Assembly: GCF_009914755.1 (NCBI RefSeq)
Contig: NC_060936.1
DNA length: 64,000 nt
Origin: the human T2T-CHM13v2.0 reference genome, Homo sapiens
Strand: one strand, 5' to 3'
Both the position numbers and the translations under genes were made by a program. Of this stretch, positions 18,395 to 37,073 are shown one piece after another. Position 1 is the first letter of the stretch. Each line of letters opens with the position of its first letter. Below the pieces are notes generated by a model. That model made no database searches. It was not told where the DNA came from and saw nothing but the letters and a program-made list of their open reading frames with translations.

Positions 18395-18689
18395 TAAATA
18401 TGGATCTAGGATGTGCCTACTGCATCTTATAAATGTGTGTTGTATATTTAAAGAGATCGTTTCTTCAGCAACTATCTTTCGATCATAACAGGTAATCTCC
18501 CTGTTAATGTCCTGCTTTGGAAGATGCAATCTGTTTAGTTACTTTTCTGTAGGTAATTAACCAAACATGAAAAATGCCTTCAGGTGACATGAGCGTTCAT
18601 TTACAAAGTTAACATTTTAGCGTTTTACTTAACTGCAGTCTGTTGATACTTATTTTTGTACTTGGCAGACTGAAACATCAACTCTTTAG

Positions 18690-18920
<231 letters not shown>

Positions 18921-19938
18921 TAGCCAAAAACCAAAACACTCACCATGTTCTTTTTTAAAAATATTCTGTCTCTAAATGGGAGCATCTACAGATTTTACAT
19001 AATTGTAGATATAGCTAAATCCCATGTTTTAAGCTAAACTGAAAATACTACCTAGGGAATGGGAATATTTGATTCTTGGATAAACTATTAGTTCACATTT
19101 ACTATGTTCACAGAGGATACAAAAATCTAATTTTTAAAAAATTCTGGACCTAAAAATTTAATTATACATGTATGTCACTCCATTTACAGATATAAAGATA
19201 ACTCGAGTAGTATCAGTAAGGCATAGCTAAGGTAGGGGCTCTCACCTCTGGGCTGTCCATTTTAATGACCTGGCAGACTTTTTAAAAACACTACAGGGTT
19301 CCACTCCCAGAGATTATGGTGTAATTGGTCTGAGGTAGGGCTGGGGTTTATTTTTGTTTTTTTAATCACTTGCAGTGCTTTAATATAATATATAGCCTGT
19401 GTTGAGAACCAGCTACAGAAGTATCAAGTGCCATAAGAAAGGCACAGGTTAAGTATTTTCTGAGTCCAGGAAAAGAAAAGATTGTTTTCACCTGAAAGGG
19501 AACTGGAACGTATGCTTGAAATGTATAGCATTTGACTGAATCTTGAACATACTGGTAGAATTTGGATGAGCTGAGATGGGAGAAAGGAAGGATACTGAGA
19601 TAATAGTCATATAAGGGAAAGACATTGCAGCCTGACCCTGGTGCATGACAGAAACAGTGAGTAGCTTAGTTTATCCTCTGTAGACCTGAGGAGCTGTCTG
19701 AGAGCTGGAAATACTGGCTTCTTGGATATTTGATGTGTTATTTTGAACAAAGAAAACAGTAAGTGTTCTTGGTATCTTTCCTTTTGCCATTCTTCATACC
19801 CTCATCTATTTAGTACTTTTTCTTTAATTTTAGCTATTGCATTTTTTTTTTAGCCTGTCTTCTCTGACCAGAAGGAGGAAAAAGAATACAGGCAGGACAG
19901 CGAACTAAATTTGAGCCCCTATTTGCCACTATTACTGA

Positions 19939-20559
<621 letters not shown>

Positions 20560-20839
20560 AAGTCTCCACTTTTTATCCTAACGTTCGTAATAGAACTCCT
20601 TTGACTCGTTTTAAACCTTCCACAGGTTCCTCTGGCAAAACCTTTCTCATCTGATTCATGCTGATTCTCTTGAAGATAAAATTTTAATGTTGTAAAATGC
20701 TAATTAAGTGTCACTTAAATTTTGAAAAGACTTCAATGCTTTATTTATACATACATCTTTGCTATTCTAATTATTAATTAAGTAGATTAGGTAGTGAAAG
20801 CCACAAAATAGTCTTGGGATCTCATAAAATTAGAGTTGA

Positions 20840-21139
20840 GGCCAAGCGTGGTGGCTCACGCCTGTACTCCTAGCACTTTGAGAGGCTGAGGTGGGTGGAT
20901 CACCTGAGGTCAGGAGCTTGAGACCAGCCTGGACAACATGGGGAAACCCCGTTTCTACTAAAAATACAAAAAAATTAGCCTGGTGTGGTGGTGCATGCCT
21001 GTAGTCCCAGCTACTAGTGAGGCAGGAGAATGGCCTGAACCCAGGAGGCAGAGGTTGCAGTGAGCCGAGATCGTGCCACTGCACTTCAGCCTAGGTGACA
21101 GAGTGAGACCCTGTCTCAAAAAAAAAAAAAAAAAAAAAA
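20840..21139 (+). mobile_element. AluSx-like
   Basis: Alu consensus; TSD aaaat..gagttgag. Confidence 0.92.
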
Positions 21140-21205
21140 TGGAGTTGAGATGGAAGGCAATGAATGATACACCATTTTGTTTCATCAGGGATTTTAAAAT
21201 CAATA

Positions 21206-21257
21206 TTCAGTCTCAATTATTTCTTTAAAACTTCAGTCTCAATTATTTCTTTAAAAC
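21206..21257 (+). repeat. Perfect 26 bp tandem duplication
   Basis: ttcagtctcaattatttctttaaaac x2. Confidence 0.95.
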
Positions 21258-21349
21258 TAATCCAGAAAAGAGATTTCTTGAACAGTTAAATGATTAATAA
21301 CATTTTAATCACCTTTGTTGAGCCTAATACTCTTACATAGTCAATGACG

Positions 21350-22167
<818 letters not shown>

Positions 22168-22289
22168 AGCATTATGTGCTGTTTTCGTATAGCTACCCCT
22201 CAAGTTTTTAAATAACTGGAATAGTCCCCTTAGTGTTGGGGCTGGTGGCACAGAGGAATGGCAGAGAGAATGGAGCAGGCAGGTCATCT

Positions 22290-22990
22290 TTACCTACCTT
22301 TCACTACCTCTACCTCTAGCACATTCTAGTCCAAGCCTCTACTGTCTTCCGTGGCTTCTCACTGTTCTTTATACAATCGTTCCTTATACAGATGGACTAG
22401 TGACCCTTTCAGAATAAAATACATGCGACTGTCTTACCCAGAACTTTCTGATGCCTTCTTATTGCACTTGGAATAAAATCTTTCTTTTCTTGATGTACAA
22501 GAGTATACATACTTTTGTTTTGTTCTTTTTTTTTTAAACTAACCCCCTAATCTTGTGTCCTACTGCTCTCCCATCACTATATCCTGGCATTCTGGGCCTC
22601 TTCATTGGTTCCCCTCTGCCTAGAATGCTCCTTCGCCAAGATAGGTGCATGGATGACTTTGTACTTCTTTCAGCAGCTGCTCAAATGTCATCTCTTTCAA
22701 GAACCTCTCCCCAACCCAACCACCCTATTTAAAATAGCATGTATGCATGTGTATACACACACACACACCTGTCCCTTTTAATCTCCATATCCTACATTAG
22801 TTTTCTTCATAGCACTTAGCACAATCTGATATAAAACATATTAATTTATTTGCTTTTTGTATGTCTACCCTCATTAGAATATAACCTTCATGAAGGGAGT
22901 AACCTTGTTTTCTTTATTTCTTTGACTCTGGCACTTAAAATAATGCTGAGCACATGGGAGGCTTTCAGTGGTACTTAGTAAATGAATGAT
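22290..22990 (+). mobile_element. L2 3' fragment
   Basis: ttccctctgcctagaatgct..ctcaaatgtcatct..agtaaatgaatga. Confidence 0.7.
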
Positions 22991-23114
22991 ACTGCATTAC
23001 TGAGGTGAATGTACTGTCTTCAGATTAGGAATAGCTGTAATATCAGTTCCAATCAACTCTTGCTATCAACACATATTAGGTAATGAGTTTTTCTCACATG
23101 TAAGGCACTACATG

Positions 23115-23444
<330 letters not shown>

Positions 23445-24319
23445 TTACATATTTACCGGCTATTTCAAAGCTTTTGTTCATTCAGATGAGAAAAATGTCT
23501 TCAGTTGTAGCAGAGCTGTTTATTTGCTTTTCCTTGTAGCAATTTGCTGGGTCTGTCAGCCATTACCCTGGATAGTTGCTGGCAGCCCGCCCGCTAGTAT
23601 CGGAATTCATTATAATTAGCAGAAGAGATTGTCTGCAGCACACTCTGATATTATGGCAGCAAAAGGATTTAGTAAAAGCAAGTCTGGGTCCATCCTGTGA
23701 GATAAGAAAGTAACCTGCTGCTTTTCAGGCAACAAGGAGTCAGAAGCCAGGGGCACCCGGCCTCTTTAACATAGACAGAAAGACTACATTGGAGCACAAA
23801 TGGAAAGGTCCAGAAAGAAGCAGTTCTCTTATTCTTACTGGGTTCTAGGTTGGGATCACTAATATGAATTACAAGTAAAACCTTGAAGCATTTTAAATCC
23901 ACCTCTGAAGGTAGCAAGTATCTATTTGAGAAAAGAAATAAAGGTGCTTCCCTTGTAAAGAAGCACTTTAATATTTGCTTTTATGTATTTATGCTTCAAA
24001 CAAGACCAAAATATTGATAGTAATTTTTCCTATGTTTGGAAACCTGACCTAGATTAGCCCAAATTAGTACAATTACTCCTTGGTATAATTACCAGATTAT
24101 ACTTTGTTGTTGATTAACCCCTCCACTTACATGTCCATTTGAAAAATGTTTTAGCAATTTAATATAGCCTCTCACATGAAGATACTTTTAGGTATTCCAT
24201 TAGGCTTTTCAAAGGAGCAGTTATTATTTTAGCTTGTCCTGTTTTTTTTTTCTACACTATTAGTGCTATTGATTTCCTTCCTATTTTTAAGATTATTTCA
24301 GAAATTGTAGTGTGTAATT

Positions 24320-24645
24320 TCTGTAATCCCAGCACTTTGGGAGGCTGAGGCAGGAGGATCACTTGAGCCCAAGAGTTCGATACTAGCTTGGGCAACATAG
24401 GGAGACCTCATCTCTACAAATAATAAAATTATTTTTTTTTTTAAATAGAAAAATTAGCCGGGCATGGTGGCACATGCCTGTGGTTCTTAGCTACTTGGGA
24501 GGCTGAGGTAGGAGGATTGCTTGAGCCCGGAGATCAAGGCTTCAGAGAGCCATGATTGTACCACTGCATTCCAGACTGGGCGACAGAGTGAGATGCTGTC
24601 TCAGAAAAGAAGAAAAAGGTTAAAAAAGAAAAGAAAAAAAAAAGA
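24320..24645 (+). mobile_element. AluJ
   Basis: Alu consensus, 5' truncated. Confidence 0.87.
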
Positions 24646-25369
24646 AATTATGTGGTTGGTTACTTTTTAATTATTTTAATTTTCAAATTTTTTGTAAGTA
24701 AATGTAGTGGGCATAAGAGGTTTACTCTTTTTTCTGTACTTTTACTGTTCACATCGATTTTAAGAAAGATCCATGTATGTATAAAGGAATGCCAATTGTT
24801 TTTTCTGCTTGTTTTCCTTATATATCTGTTCTGACTCATTAATTGTATTATTCAAATCTATAGGTTCTGTTTTTCTGTTTTTAAAAATTATATAAAGAAA
24901 TTATAAATTCCATTTTCCATGTGTATAAGCAAAGTAGTCTGCAATGAAGTTGACCCTCCCTGTGTGCCCCTCCCCACATCGTCTTTTTCCCAGCAACAGT
25001 CATTGCTGTCAGTCTGTTGTGTCCTCTCAGGCCTCCTTAGAGCTATCTTTATTTATATGTATAAACATCCAAAGGAGTGGTGATTGTTTTCTGTTCTGAT
25101 TTTTGCTCTAATGATATTCAGTTTCCAACTCATTCTTTTTATGCATGTTTTTATTCAGGACATAGTAAGTTTATTAGAAATACAAATGCAGAAGCATTTT
25201 ATTTTCACTGTCATACCTCTCTGTAGTCTACGTTGTTCATCTTCATACTTTTTTGCTGTTAAATCTTGTCTACCAATTACATTCTGGGTTTGATTCAGTA
25301 CCTGGCTTTTCTTTTTGTAAGGATCTTTAGCTTAAATTGTTAAAATGATTTATTGATGTCTGTTTGTAG

Positions 25370-25555
<186 letters not shown>

Positions 25556-25854
25556 TAGTTTTAAATTTTAATGATTTGATATGCTCTGTAGTAATATTAA
25601 TTTTGTGAAGATGTGTTTACATTTGTAATTGCTCTTGGATTTTCTTAAAGTAATAGTCCAGTTTTAATGTTTTAATGTTTGTACTTTTTTCCCAAAATGT
25701 GTGTATATTTGTAAGCAGTTAGAAATATATAGACTGACTCTGAGAATTCACCTTGAAATTCCTGAACCACTCTAATTTACTAGGCTCTGGCTACATAAAT
25801 CTTAAAGAGGCATTTCTTCTTATATGAAGCTAATCAGATCGATTAGGTAACTAA

Positions 25855-26019
<165 letters not shown>

Positions 26020-26065
26020 TTTAATCTTTGTAATCTCACTAATTTTCATGATAAATGAAGTTTTT

Positions 26066-26071
26066 AATAAA
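26066..26071 (+). terminator. Proximal poly(A) signal candidate for NUP107
   Basis: AATAAA 47 nt after the stop, T-rich downstream. Confidence 0.55.
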
Positions 26072-26204
26072 ATATACTTGTTATTAGTAATTTTTTCTTT
26101 TGCATTACCATGTAAAATTTAGACATTTGAATTTTGTACTTTTCAGAATATTATCGTGACACTTTCAACATGTAGGGATATCAGCGTTTCTCTGTGTGCT
26201 TGTT

Positions 26205-26210
26205 AATAAA
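26205..26210 (+). terminator. Second poly(A) signal candidate for NUP107
   Basis: AATAAA followed by ttttctgttttt GU/U-rich element. Confidence 0.65.
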
Positions 26211-26672
26211 ACTATATAAAAATTAAAATTTTCTGTTTTTACAAATTCCAGGGTTGTCTCTTTATCATGTAATAAGAAAATTAAATTTTCTGTTCTAGTT
26301 TTTTCTGTAATCATAAGCATTCTGATATTTTAAAATCATAAAGATGATGGAAAGTAGATTTATTTTTAAGCCAGGTACGTAATTTTTTATTTATCATAAA
26401 ATTTAGTATTTTTGAATATTAAAATTAAGAAGATGACTATAACAAGAATTTTTCTAACATAACATGCTATTATTATTTTAGTTATTTTGAAGACATTTCT
26501 AGTTTAACTTTCATTTAGCAAACTTCCTATCAAAATAAGAGCATATAAAGACTTAGCGTAGTACCTGGCACACAGTAAGCACTGAATATATTGGAGATTA
26601 CAGATCCCGCTCTTCTAATAGGGGAAATACCATAAGTACATTTAAAAGGTGTCATTTAAAAATACAAGTAGT

Positions 26673-26972
26673 GGCTGGGTGCAGTGGCTCACGTCTGTAA
26701 TCCCAGCACTTCGGGAGGCCGAGGCAGGTGGATCACCTGTCGTCAGGAGTTTGAGACCAGCCTGGCCAACATGGTGAAACCCTGTCTCTACTAAAAAAAT
26801 ACAAAAATTAGCCGGGCATGGTGGCAGGTGCCTGTAATCCCAGCTACTCAGGGGAGGCTGAGGCATGAGAATCTCTTGAACCTGGAAGGCAGAGGTTGCA
26901 GTGAGCCGAGATCACGCCACTGCACTCCAGCCTTGGGGACAGAGCGAGACACTGTCTCCAAAAAAAGAAAGA
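26673..26972 (+). mobile_element. AluSx-like
   Basis: Alu consensus; TSD tacaagtagt. Confidence 0.92.
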
Positions 26973-27929
26973 ATTACAAGTAGTCTGAGCAGGAAGAACC
27001 TCTCTCCAGCTGAAAAGACTCTCAGGAAGTAGTATTGGTTTGGGGTTTGAGTAATGCACTGAATTTGCAAAGGCAAAGAGTGACACAAGAAGGATGAGGC
27101 TCTATAGATTAAGAAATCAGTATGAGCAAGAAATGATAAATGCTGGGCATTATTATGAACCAACAAATACACCAAATAGGCTAGAGTGTAGGGCTTATAA
27201 ACAGGAGACAACTAAAAGAATGTGATTCTAATAGAAAACAGTAATTCCCCAAACTTGCTAATCATCTAAGGAATTTCTTGAATATGTATTTATAGATGCC
27301 ACCCCTAGAGACAGCTGGCTTGGGAAGCCTGAGATGGGATCATAGAATTTGATCAGTTCTATATTATGTGCTTTTTTTGTTTTATTTCTCTAAAGAATTC
27401 ATCTTGTCTTCCTGTTTTCTTTATTCTTACTAATATGCAAATGATTTTTACAGCTCATGCAGTCCTGTAATCATGATTATTGCTATGCTACTTTGCAAAA
27501 AATAAAAACAAAAAATTCATACCAAAACAAATACAGACTAGATTTGGGGTGGGGAGGGGAAATAAGTGAGTCTTAAAAGTAGTTTTGTTACTTGCAACAA
27601 ACTGTATATATAGAAACTTTGTACAACCCAGGGTGACTATTTCCAAAGACTGTTACCTATTTGTTGAACAACAGTGGGAAAACTACTTAGCCTAAATGAG
27701 GAGGAGGAATATTGTATGCTTCCATCGTAACTGTATGTGGGTAAATGGACAAGGTCTGTCATCTATTTAGGAACTTGTTTTGCATGTCCCCCACTCTGTA
27801 TTTGTCTTTTGTTGTGCCTTGTTTTTTGAATGTCCTTTAAAAAACACAGCACAGAAACCCACTAAGGTTGTGGAATTACAAAATTCCTTCAACCTTAGAC
27901 TCTTAATTAGGATGCCCTCAAATGGACTT

Positions 27930-28240
27930 GTTTTTAATTTTTATTTATTTATTTATTTTTGAGACATGGTCTTGCTCTGTCTCCCAGGCCGGAGTGCAGT
28001 GGCATGATATCTCACTGCAAACCTCCGCCTCCTGGGTTCAAGCGATTCTCCTGCCTCAGCCTCCCTAGTAGCTGGGATTACAGGCGCCTGCCACCACGCC
28101 TGGCTAATTTTTGTATTTTTAGTAGAGACGGGGTTTTGCCATGTTGGCCAGGCTGGTCTCAAACTCTTGACCTCAAGTGATCCACTCGCCTCGATCTCTC
28201 AAAGTGCTGGGATTACAGGCATAAGCCACTGCACCCAGCC
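27930..28240 (-). mobile_element. AluS
   Basis: Reverse Alu; TSD aa.tggact. Confidence 0.92.
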
Positions 28241-28639
28241 AATTGGACTCCTTTGAGTCCTTAGGGAGTCAATGTGTGTGTTGCTGCTTATTTAAATACA
28301 GTTCAGTTGGAGCCCCAAGAGTGCCAATGTGCTCCTCACAATTCCCAAATGCCTCTCTTCCTGAACACCAGAAGTGGTGGGCACCTGAGTGGGAAATTTC
28401 AGGCAACTTAATTTAGTTCCTCAGTGCCTACTCTTGAAGAACTGGGTTTTCATTCTAGAGAGGAAACTCAGGGAAGGGCGTGTTGCCTATCACAGGTTCG
28501 CATACTAAGTTTTAAAAACTTTTCTTGGTGTGACTTATGCCAAGGAATTATGAAGACTTTTTCCTTGAGCATTGCATGAAGGCTACAAAGTTGGAACAGG
28601 CATGTCCTGGGTGTGAAAGTTTTAATTTCCCTACCTCAT

Positions 28640-28768
28640 TTATTTATTTAATTTAGAGATGGGGGTCTCACTATGTTGCCCATCCCGGCTTCCAACTCCT
28701 GGGCTCAAGCAATCCTCCCACGTCAGTCTCTCAAATAGCTGGGACTACAGGCCCACGCCACCATGCCC
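28640..28768 (-). mobile_element. FLAM / Alu monomer
   Basis: Reverse monomer; TSD cctcatttattt. Confidence 0.8.
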
Positions 28769-29347
28769 TACTTCCTCATTTATTTTAAATTTTTTGTACC
28801 ACAGTCTCTCTTTTTAATTTTATGACTGCTGAATTAATCCTAGACTCTGTCTTAAAACTAAGAATTGATGTATTGGCAGGAACAGCTGGACATTCAAGAT
28901 GTTTTTGTGATTCCTTTTTTAAAAATCTCCTTTTGTACCTGTAATATCTACAATATATAATCTTTCTTTATCGACTTAAGGAGGAAGGAGAAAGGAAGAA
29001 CCTGACTTCTGTGTGAAGGACCTTACTGTCGATCAAGACTGTTACTCAAAGTTCTATCTCTTAGTCATTGCACCTGACCTGATCCAAAACATATATATAT
29101 ATTTGTATGCACCCCTAGAGACAGCTGTATATATATACGGTTTTGCCAGGTTGTACGTTTTTTTCTCGAGTTGTAAGTGAACACAGTAGCACTCGTTTAC
29201 ATTGTCAAGGGGACATCTTTAGAGAACACATTTTCTCACTGTTGAGCTAATAATGCTTTGTGAATGTATGATCTAAGGAGAAACCCTTGTAGTTATACCC
29301 GATGATGCTGTCTGTTGGAAAGTAAATTTTGAATGTCTTTTTCCAAA

Positions 29348-29360
29348 AATAAAAAATAAA
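29348..29360 (+). terminator. Distal tandem poly(A) signals, candidate end of a long NUP107 3'UTR
   Basis: AATAAA at 29348-29353 and 29355-29360, followed by CA and pyrimidine-rich sequence, just before the CpG island. Confidence 0.5.
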
Positions 29361-29559
29361 AACATGCTTTCAATAAGTTCTTTCCCCCCTCTGGCGAGGG
29401 CTACTAAATTTGCTCAGCATTTAATACGTAAAATTGGCTAACAGTGTCTGCACAGCCAGAGAGAAGTTGTCTAGCAAATCGGGTCAATGACACACAGGAA
29501 ACAAACATCAAGAAAGGGGTCCTAGATTGGTCCAGTCAGGTAGGCGTTAGGTGACCAAG

Positions 29560-30432
<873 letters not shown>

Positions 30433-30772
30433 TGAAATCCACAAATGAGTCATCTGTGGGCATGTGAACTTTTAGGCTTATTTTAGGGAGGGGGAAAAGG
30501 CCATCTTGTCAGCCCAGAAGAGTGGGCATGTGTGAATTTTAGTAGCTGCCATTTGATGGAAATCGTTAAATGCTGTGATCGATAAGAAAAAAAGCTGTAT
30601 TGGGTGGTACAGTCCAGTGTTATCAGAATATCTGCAAAAGCTCAAACAAAAACAGCCTTTCTCCCCCAGGGGAATCAAATCGTGTATGATAAAACGTGAA
30701 AAGATGTAGCATAAAGTAGGTCTCAAAACGTCTGCAGCACCATACTTTAGAGCTGTCTGCATCTTTAAATAA

Positions 30773-31124
<352 letters not shown>

Positions 31125-31459
31125 TTATATTTAAGGTCTTTATGCTTTTATTGTTTTATATTTATGCTTATGCTGTTTAGACACTAGTTTGGGGATCCAT
31201 TTACTCACCTTTGTATTCATGTGGTATTTTCTTGCAAAGTGCAATATATTTACCACAAATTTAGAATGGAATTAAATGTGAATATCAATATAGATTTGTC
31301 ATATTTCACGTTTAGGAAATAGGATTAACAACTAGTTTTCCCAAGTCAAAACAGAAAACATTTATACAGGTTCATTGTTTCCCAGTTATGTGTTTATCAT
31401 TAGCCTTGTAAGACATTGTGAAAGGAATACTAAATTTTTGTCTCTTGAATTTAATCTGA

Positions 31460-31648
<189 letters not shown>

Positions 31649-33017
31649 TGAAGCTGTATTCCAAGGTTTAGAAAATACAGTATAGAGACAATAGACTGTT
31701 GGGAAGAAAGCATAATTGCATAAGTTGTCTGACTCAAGGTGAAGAGAAGAAAGGAGACAGAGAAACTTGGGTGTGTGATGCTCACCAAATACCTACCTGT
31801 TTGTAAGTGTATAATATCCATGCTTAACAGTCTCAGCTTGGGGTGAAGTTATTTTCTGGGAAATCTTTACAAAATACCTAGTAAGACTTTTTACTTCCTA
31901 AGTTTGTTATGTTTTCTGTTTACTCTTTACTTTTAACATTGTTGTGAAGGAGTGAGTATACTTCCAGAAATCTGAACAGTAATGAAAAATTTCAGATTTT
32001 TAGATGTTTTTGCCTCAAAAATTATACTGCTGTTACAACTTGTTTATTGGCTTTTAATAATGTGTCTAATATAGATTATTACAATATTATACTCTATATT
32101 AATAAATATAGAGTAATTTATATTAATGAATATTTTTCCATTTGTGCAAGCGCAGTGCCTTGCCTATAGCAGATATTCATTAAAAATATGTTCATGGATT
32201 CACTTACTTCATTACCATAAAATCCTAACAAGTATGGTTTTTGATTCTTATTTAGTGGAGAAAAAATAACTTGCTGTAGGGGACAGTGAAACGGTATTCT
32301 CTCTATACTGAAAACCTTGGTCTGGAAATTCTGGGTGTGCCTGCATGGGGAATCAAAGCCAAAATGTGTAACCAATTTTATTTTTTTCACAAACATCCAC
32401 TGGTTATTAAACTAAGGCATTCTTGTTTGAAATTTTAGGAGTTCAGTAATAGAGCCCTGGCATCTTAAACATTCTAGTAGTGATCATGTCAGAGACAGTA
32501 TTTGAAAATATTCTGCAGTGAAATACATTTTCTAGTGGCAGAGAAGCAGTTTAAATAAAAGAAGAGGCTAGTGAACATTCCTATTCATCTTTCTTGTTAA
32601 ATGCACTTGTTTTTGCCTAGTATAGGCAATTTATTAAACAGAGCAAGTAATTGTACTCCTTATACGTAATAGATTCAGAGTACTCACCATCTCTGTCACT
32701 ATGACCATTTTTGTTCACACAAGTCTCAAAATTGCTATAGATTAGAATCAAAGGATTCTATATCCCTAAGGTAGATATTTGACATGAGATTGACCAAGGA
32801 ATGATTGTAGATTAATGGACAGTTTCTTATCAGTAAGTGGTAAAGGTACCATTACAAAATAGGTATATTCCCAAAACATTCCTCTTAAAGAAAGTTGTAT
32901 CTGCCCACAGTATCTTGGGATAATTTCTATGTTGTTTCTCTTATACTGCTGGAGACATTAAAAGGAGTTAAAAGACAAGTGACCAGCTATTAGCTTGAGT
33001 TGTAGAAAGATGGTTGA

Positions 33018-33920
33018 CTCATTCATTCGTTCAGCAGACATCTTTTCTGCATTATGTTCACCCTTGAGGATACAAAGATGAAAAGCAGCTACAGTCCAGC
33101 AGTGTAGAAACACAAAGAGACAGCTGGTCACAGTAGCATATGTACCCCAAGGTAGGAGGAAAATTCTGAGGAACACCAAGGAGGAAGTGGCAGCTCTTAA
33201 AGAGGGGCGGTGAGGTAAGACTTTACGGAAAAGTTAACAATTTAAATTGAAGGGCACACAGAAATGAGCTCAGCAGGGAAGGACAGCTGGTCTTTTCCTT
33301 GCAGTGTGTGTGAAAGTCTGGAGCATTTTTGGAGAACTTGATTTGTTTGGTGAGGCTAGGCAGTAGGTGCATTGTGAGAAGACAAGGCTGAGGAGTGGGT
33401 GATACCAGATGTCAGGGTCGTGAAGCCATGCTAAGGAAGTATATCTTTATTGAGCACGCACCAGGAGAGGAGTTCAGACAGGGACTGACTTGATCATTCC
33501 CCTGTCTTTAGAAAAGTAACTGATGGCAATGAAGGGTGGGTAAGAGGGAAGGAAGGGTAAAAGGCAGAGCAGTCAGGAACCTACCTGTACTTCACAGGAC
33601 AGGCAGGAAGGGCCTGGGCTAGGGCGGTGGGAATGGACAGGGAAAGGTTAAAAGGCACTCCAGGGGCGTTTTGGGGAACATAGGAGAACCTGACTGAATG
33701 TGAGAGAGAGGAAAGTAAGGCTCTGATCCCTGAGGGAGATTATATCATCAATTATTGGAAACACACAAGAGGAGCCCATTTGTAGAAAAAAGGCACCAGT
33801 TGATTTTAAACAAGTTCCTGCAGATTATATAAGTAGAGATGGCCAGGAGACTGGCCAATATAAGGTTAAGGATGCTCAAGCGATGAGGGAAGAGCAGTAG
33901 ATCTCAGCAAATAGTAAAAG
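33018..33920 (-). mobile_element. L2 fragment
   Basis: Begins ctcattcattcgttcagcaga (L2 3' end, reverse); purine-rich body. Confidence 0.6.
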
Positions 33921-34854
33921 ACATCAGTCAGGGCGATGAAAGAGGAAGGCAGGCATCTGCCTTAAAAACTGTTAAGTGCAGGAGGCAGTGAGGGAGGAGT
34001 ACAAACCAGAGGGTAGTTCTTCCAAGCAAAACTTGCAGGTTCTGCAAAGAGGGCTCGCAGGAAGGGCCACAGGGAGTCTGGACATGTCCATGGAGATCAT
34101 AGTGCCCTTAGGAGAGCATTAGAGGGGTGGTGGCAGGAGCCAGGCTGTGCTGCATTGAGGGACAGTGGAGGCCTGAGAGCCCCTGCTGTTCCAGGCAGTC
34201 CTGTGGCGAAGACACGCGGCTGCCTGAAGAGGCTGCAAAAGGAAAGGCAGGTGAGCACACACCCTCTGTATCCGTTTTTGCTTGCTGCTGTGCCCCAAGG
34301 AGCAGGCAGCAGAAGAATCAGTTCTTTGTCCTTCATATTCACAGAGGACTCTTAGTTAAAGCTGGCAGGAGTATGGTTCAAATTCCCTGCTCTTCTATTT
34401 TTGTCTTGATGGATTTCTATAGACTTAGAGTTTATGTAACAAGATACCCAGACCTACAGGAACAAGAAGTATGTAGAAGTCATTCAAAAGCCTAGCTGTT
34501 CTTGCCAGATCTGATCCAAACAGTCCTGTTAAATCTTCTTCAAAGCCTTTTTTTCAGTTATATTTGTGAAGTATTTTGTGGACGAATGGGATTTGAGGTC
34601 TTGAGATGTTGTTTCTACTGAATGGTATGGTATTTTAGGGTTAGTGATTATCCAGTGTATCTAGGTGTATTGGTGGGGTATGAGGAATAGTATCCACAGA
34701 AAAGTCATCCAGAGAGAGGAAAATCTCTTCTACCATTGATTGGGTTTTCCAAAGCAACTGACGAGACCACATACCTTTTCAAGCCACACACATTGGCAAC
34801 CATCTCTAACCTGCCCCCATGCCCCATTGTCATCGTGTCCCCCCAACCTCTGTC

Positions 34855-35154
34855 TTTCTTTGTTTTTTTTTTTTTTAGACAGAGTCTCACTCTATCACTG
34901 AGGCTGGAGTGCAGTGGCGCGATCTCAGCTCACTGCAACCTCCGCCTCCTTGGTTCAAGCGATTCTCCTGCTCAGCGTCCCGAGTAGCTGGGACCACAGG
35001 CGCCCGCCACCACGCCCAGCTAATTGTATTTTTAGTAGAGATAGGGTTTCACCATGTTGGCCAGGCTGGTCTCGGACTCCTGACCTCAGGTTATCTGCCT
35101 GCCTTGGCCTCCCAAAGTACTGGGATTACAGGTGTCAGCCACTGCTCCTGGCCC
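34855..35154 (-). mobile_element. AluS
   Basis: Reverse Alu consensus. Confidence 0.9.
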
Positions 35155-35546
35155 CGGTCTTCCATTTTTTAAATTTTGCCATTTTTAGAAAGAAATGAAG
35201 TCCAACACTGCATCTGTATTCCTAATCACCTGAATTTCTATTTCTCCCTTATTTTCCCAAGATCTTTTATCCTTGTAGGCCCTTATATGCATTTATTTTT
35301 CCCTATTTACTAGGATCAGGTAGAAGGAAATAGAGGACTTTTCTCCTCCTTCTAAGAATTGAGAAGAAGCTAGATTATCAGAAATTAAATTTATAGAGCT
35401 ATTTTCATCCATGGTGCTTAAAGGGCATTCATATAGCTTACTGGTCTTTGAAATCTTGTAGAATAATTAGACATTTTATCTTCCCCTAGTCTATACCCCA
35501 CATTCCCATCTTTGTGACTCTAGTTGTCGCATCTTTGATTATGTGA

Positions 35547-35774
<228 letters not shown>

Positions 35775-36078
35775 TAAGAAACAGTATAATAATAACTCCT
35801 CCATTATTAATGTAATTTTTAGTTTTCAGAGCACTATGTCCGATCCATTCTCACATTTATCGTCATAATCACCATAAAAGGAGGTAAGGTAAGGATTCTT
35901 TTTCAGATGAAGAAATTGAGGTACACAAAGGTGAAGGGACTTGCCTAGAGTGAGGCAGCTACTCAGTGGCAAAAGCAGAACTACAATTAATGTCTTCCGA
36001 TGCCTGGTTACTGTTCTGACCATGTCAAGCTAGAGCCCACAAATAATTTGGACATTTAGATTAAGTTAAATTTTTTTA

Positions 36079-37073
<995 letters not shown>

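Noticed and set aside
34127-34495. 122 aa ORF and strong donor CAG|gtgagc at ~34251 in SLC35E3 intron 2
   Set aside because: No clear paired acceptor or protein similarity; purine-rich sequence next to an L2
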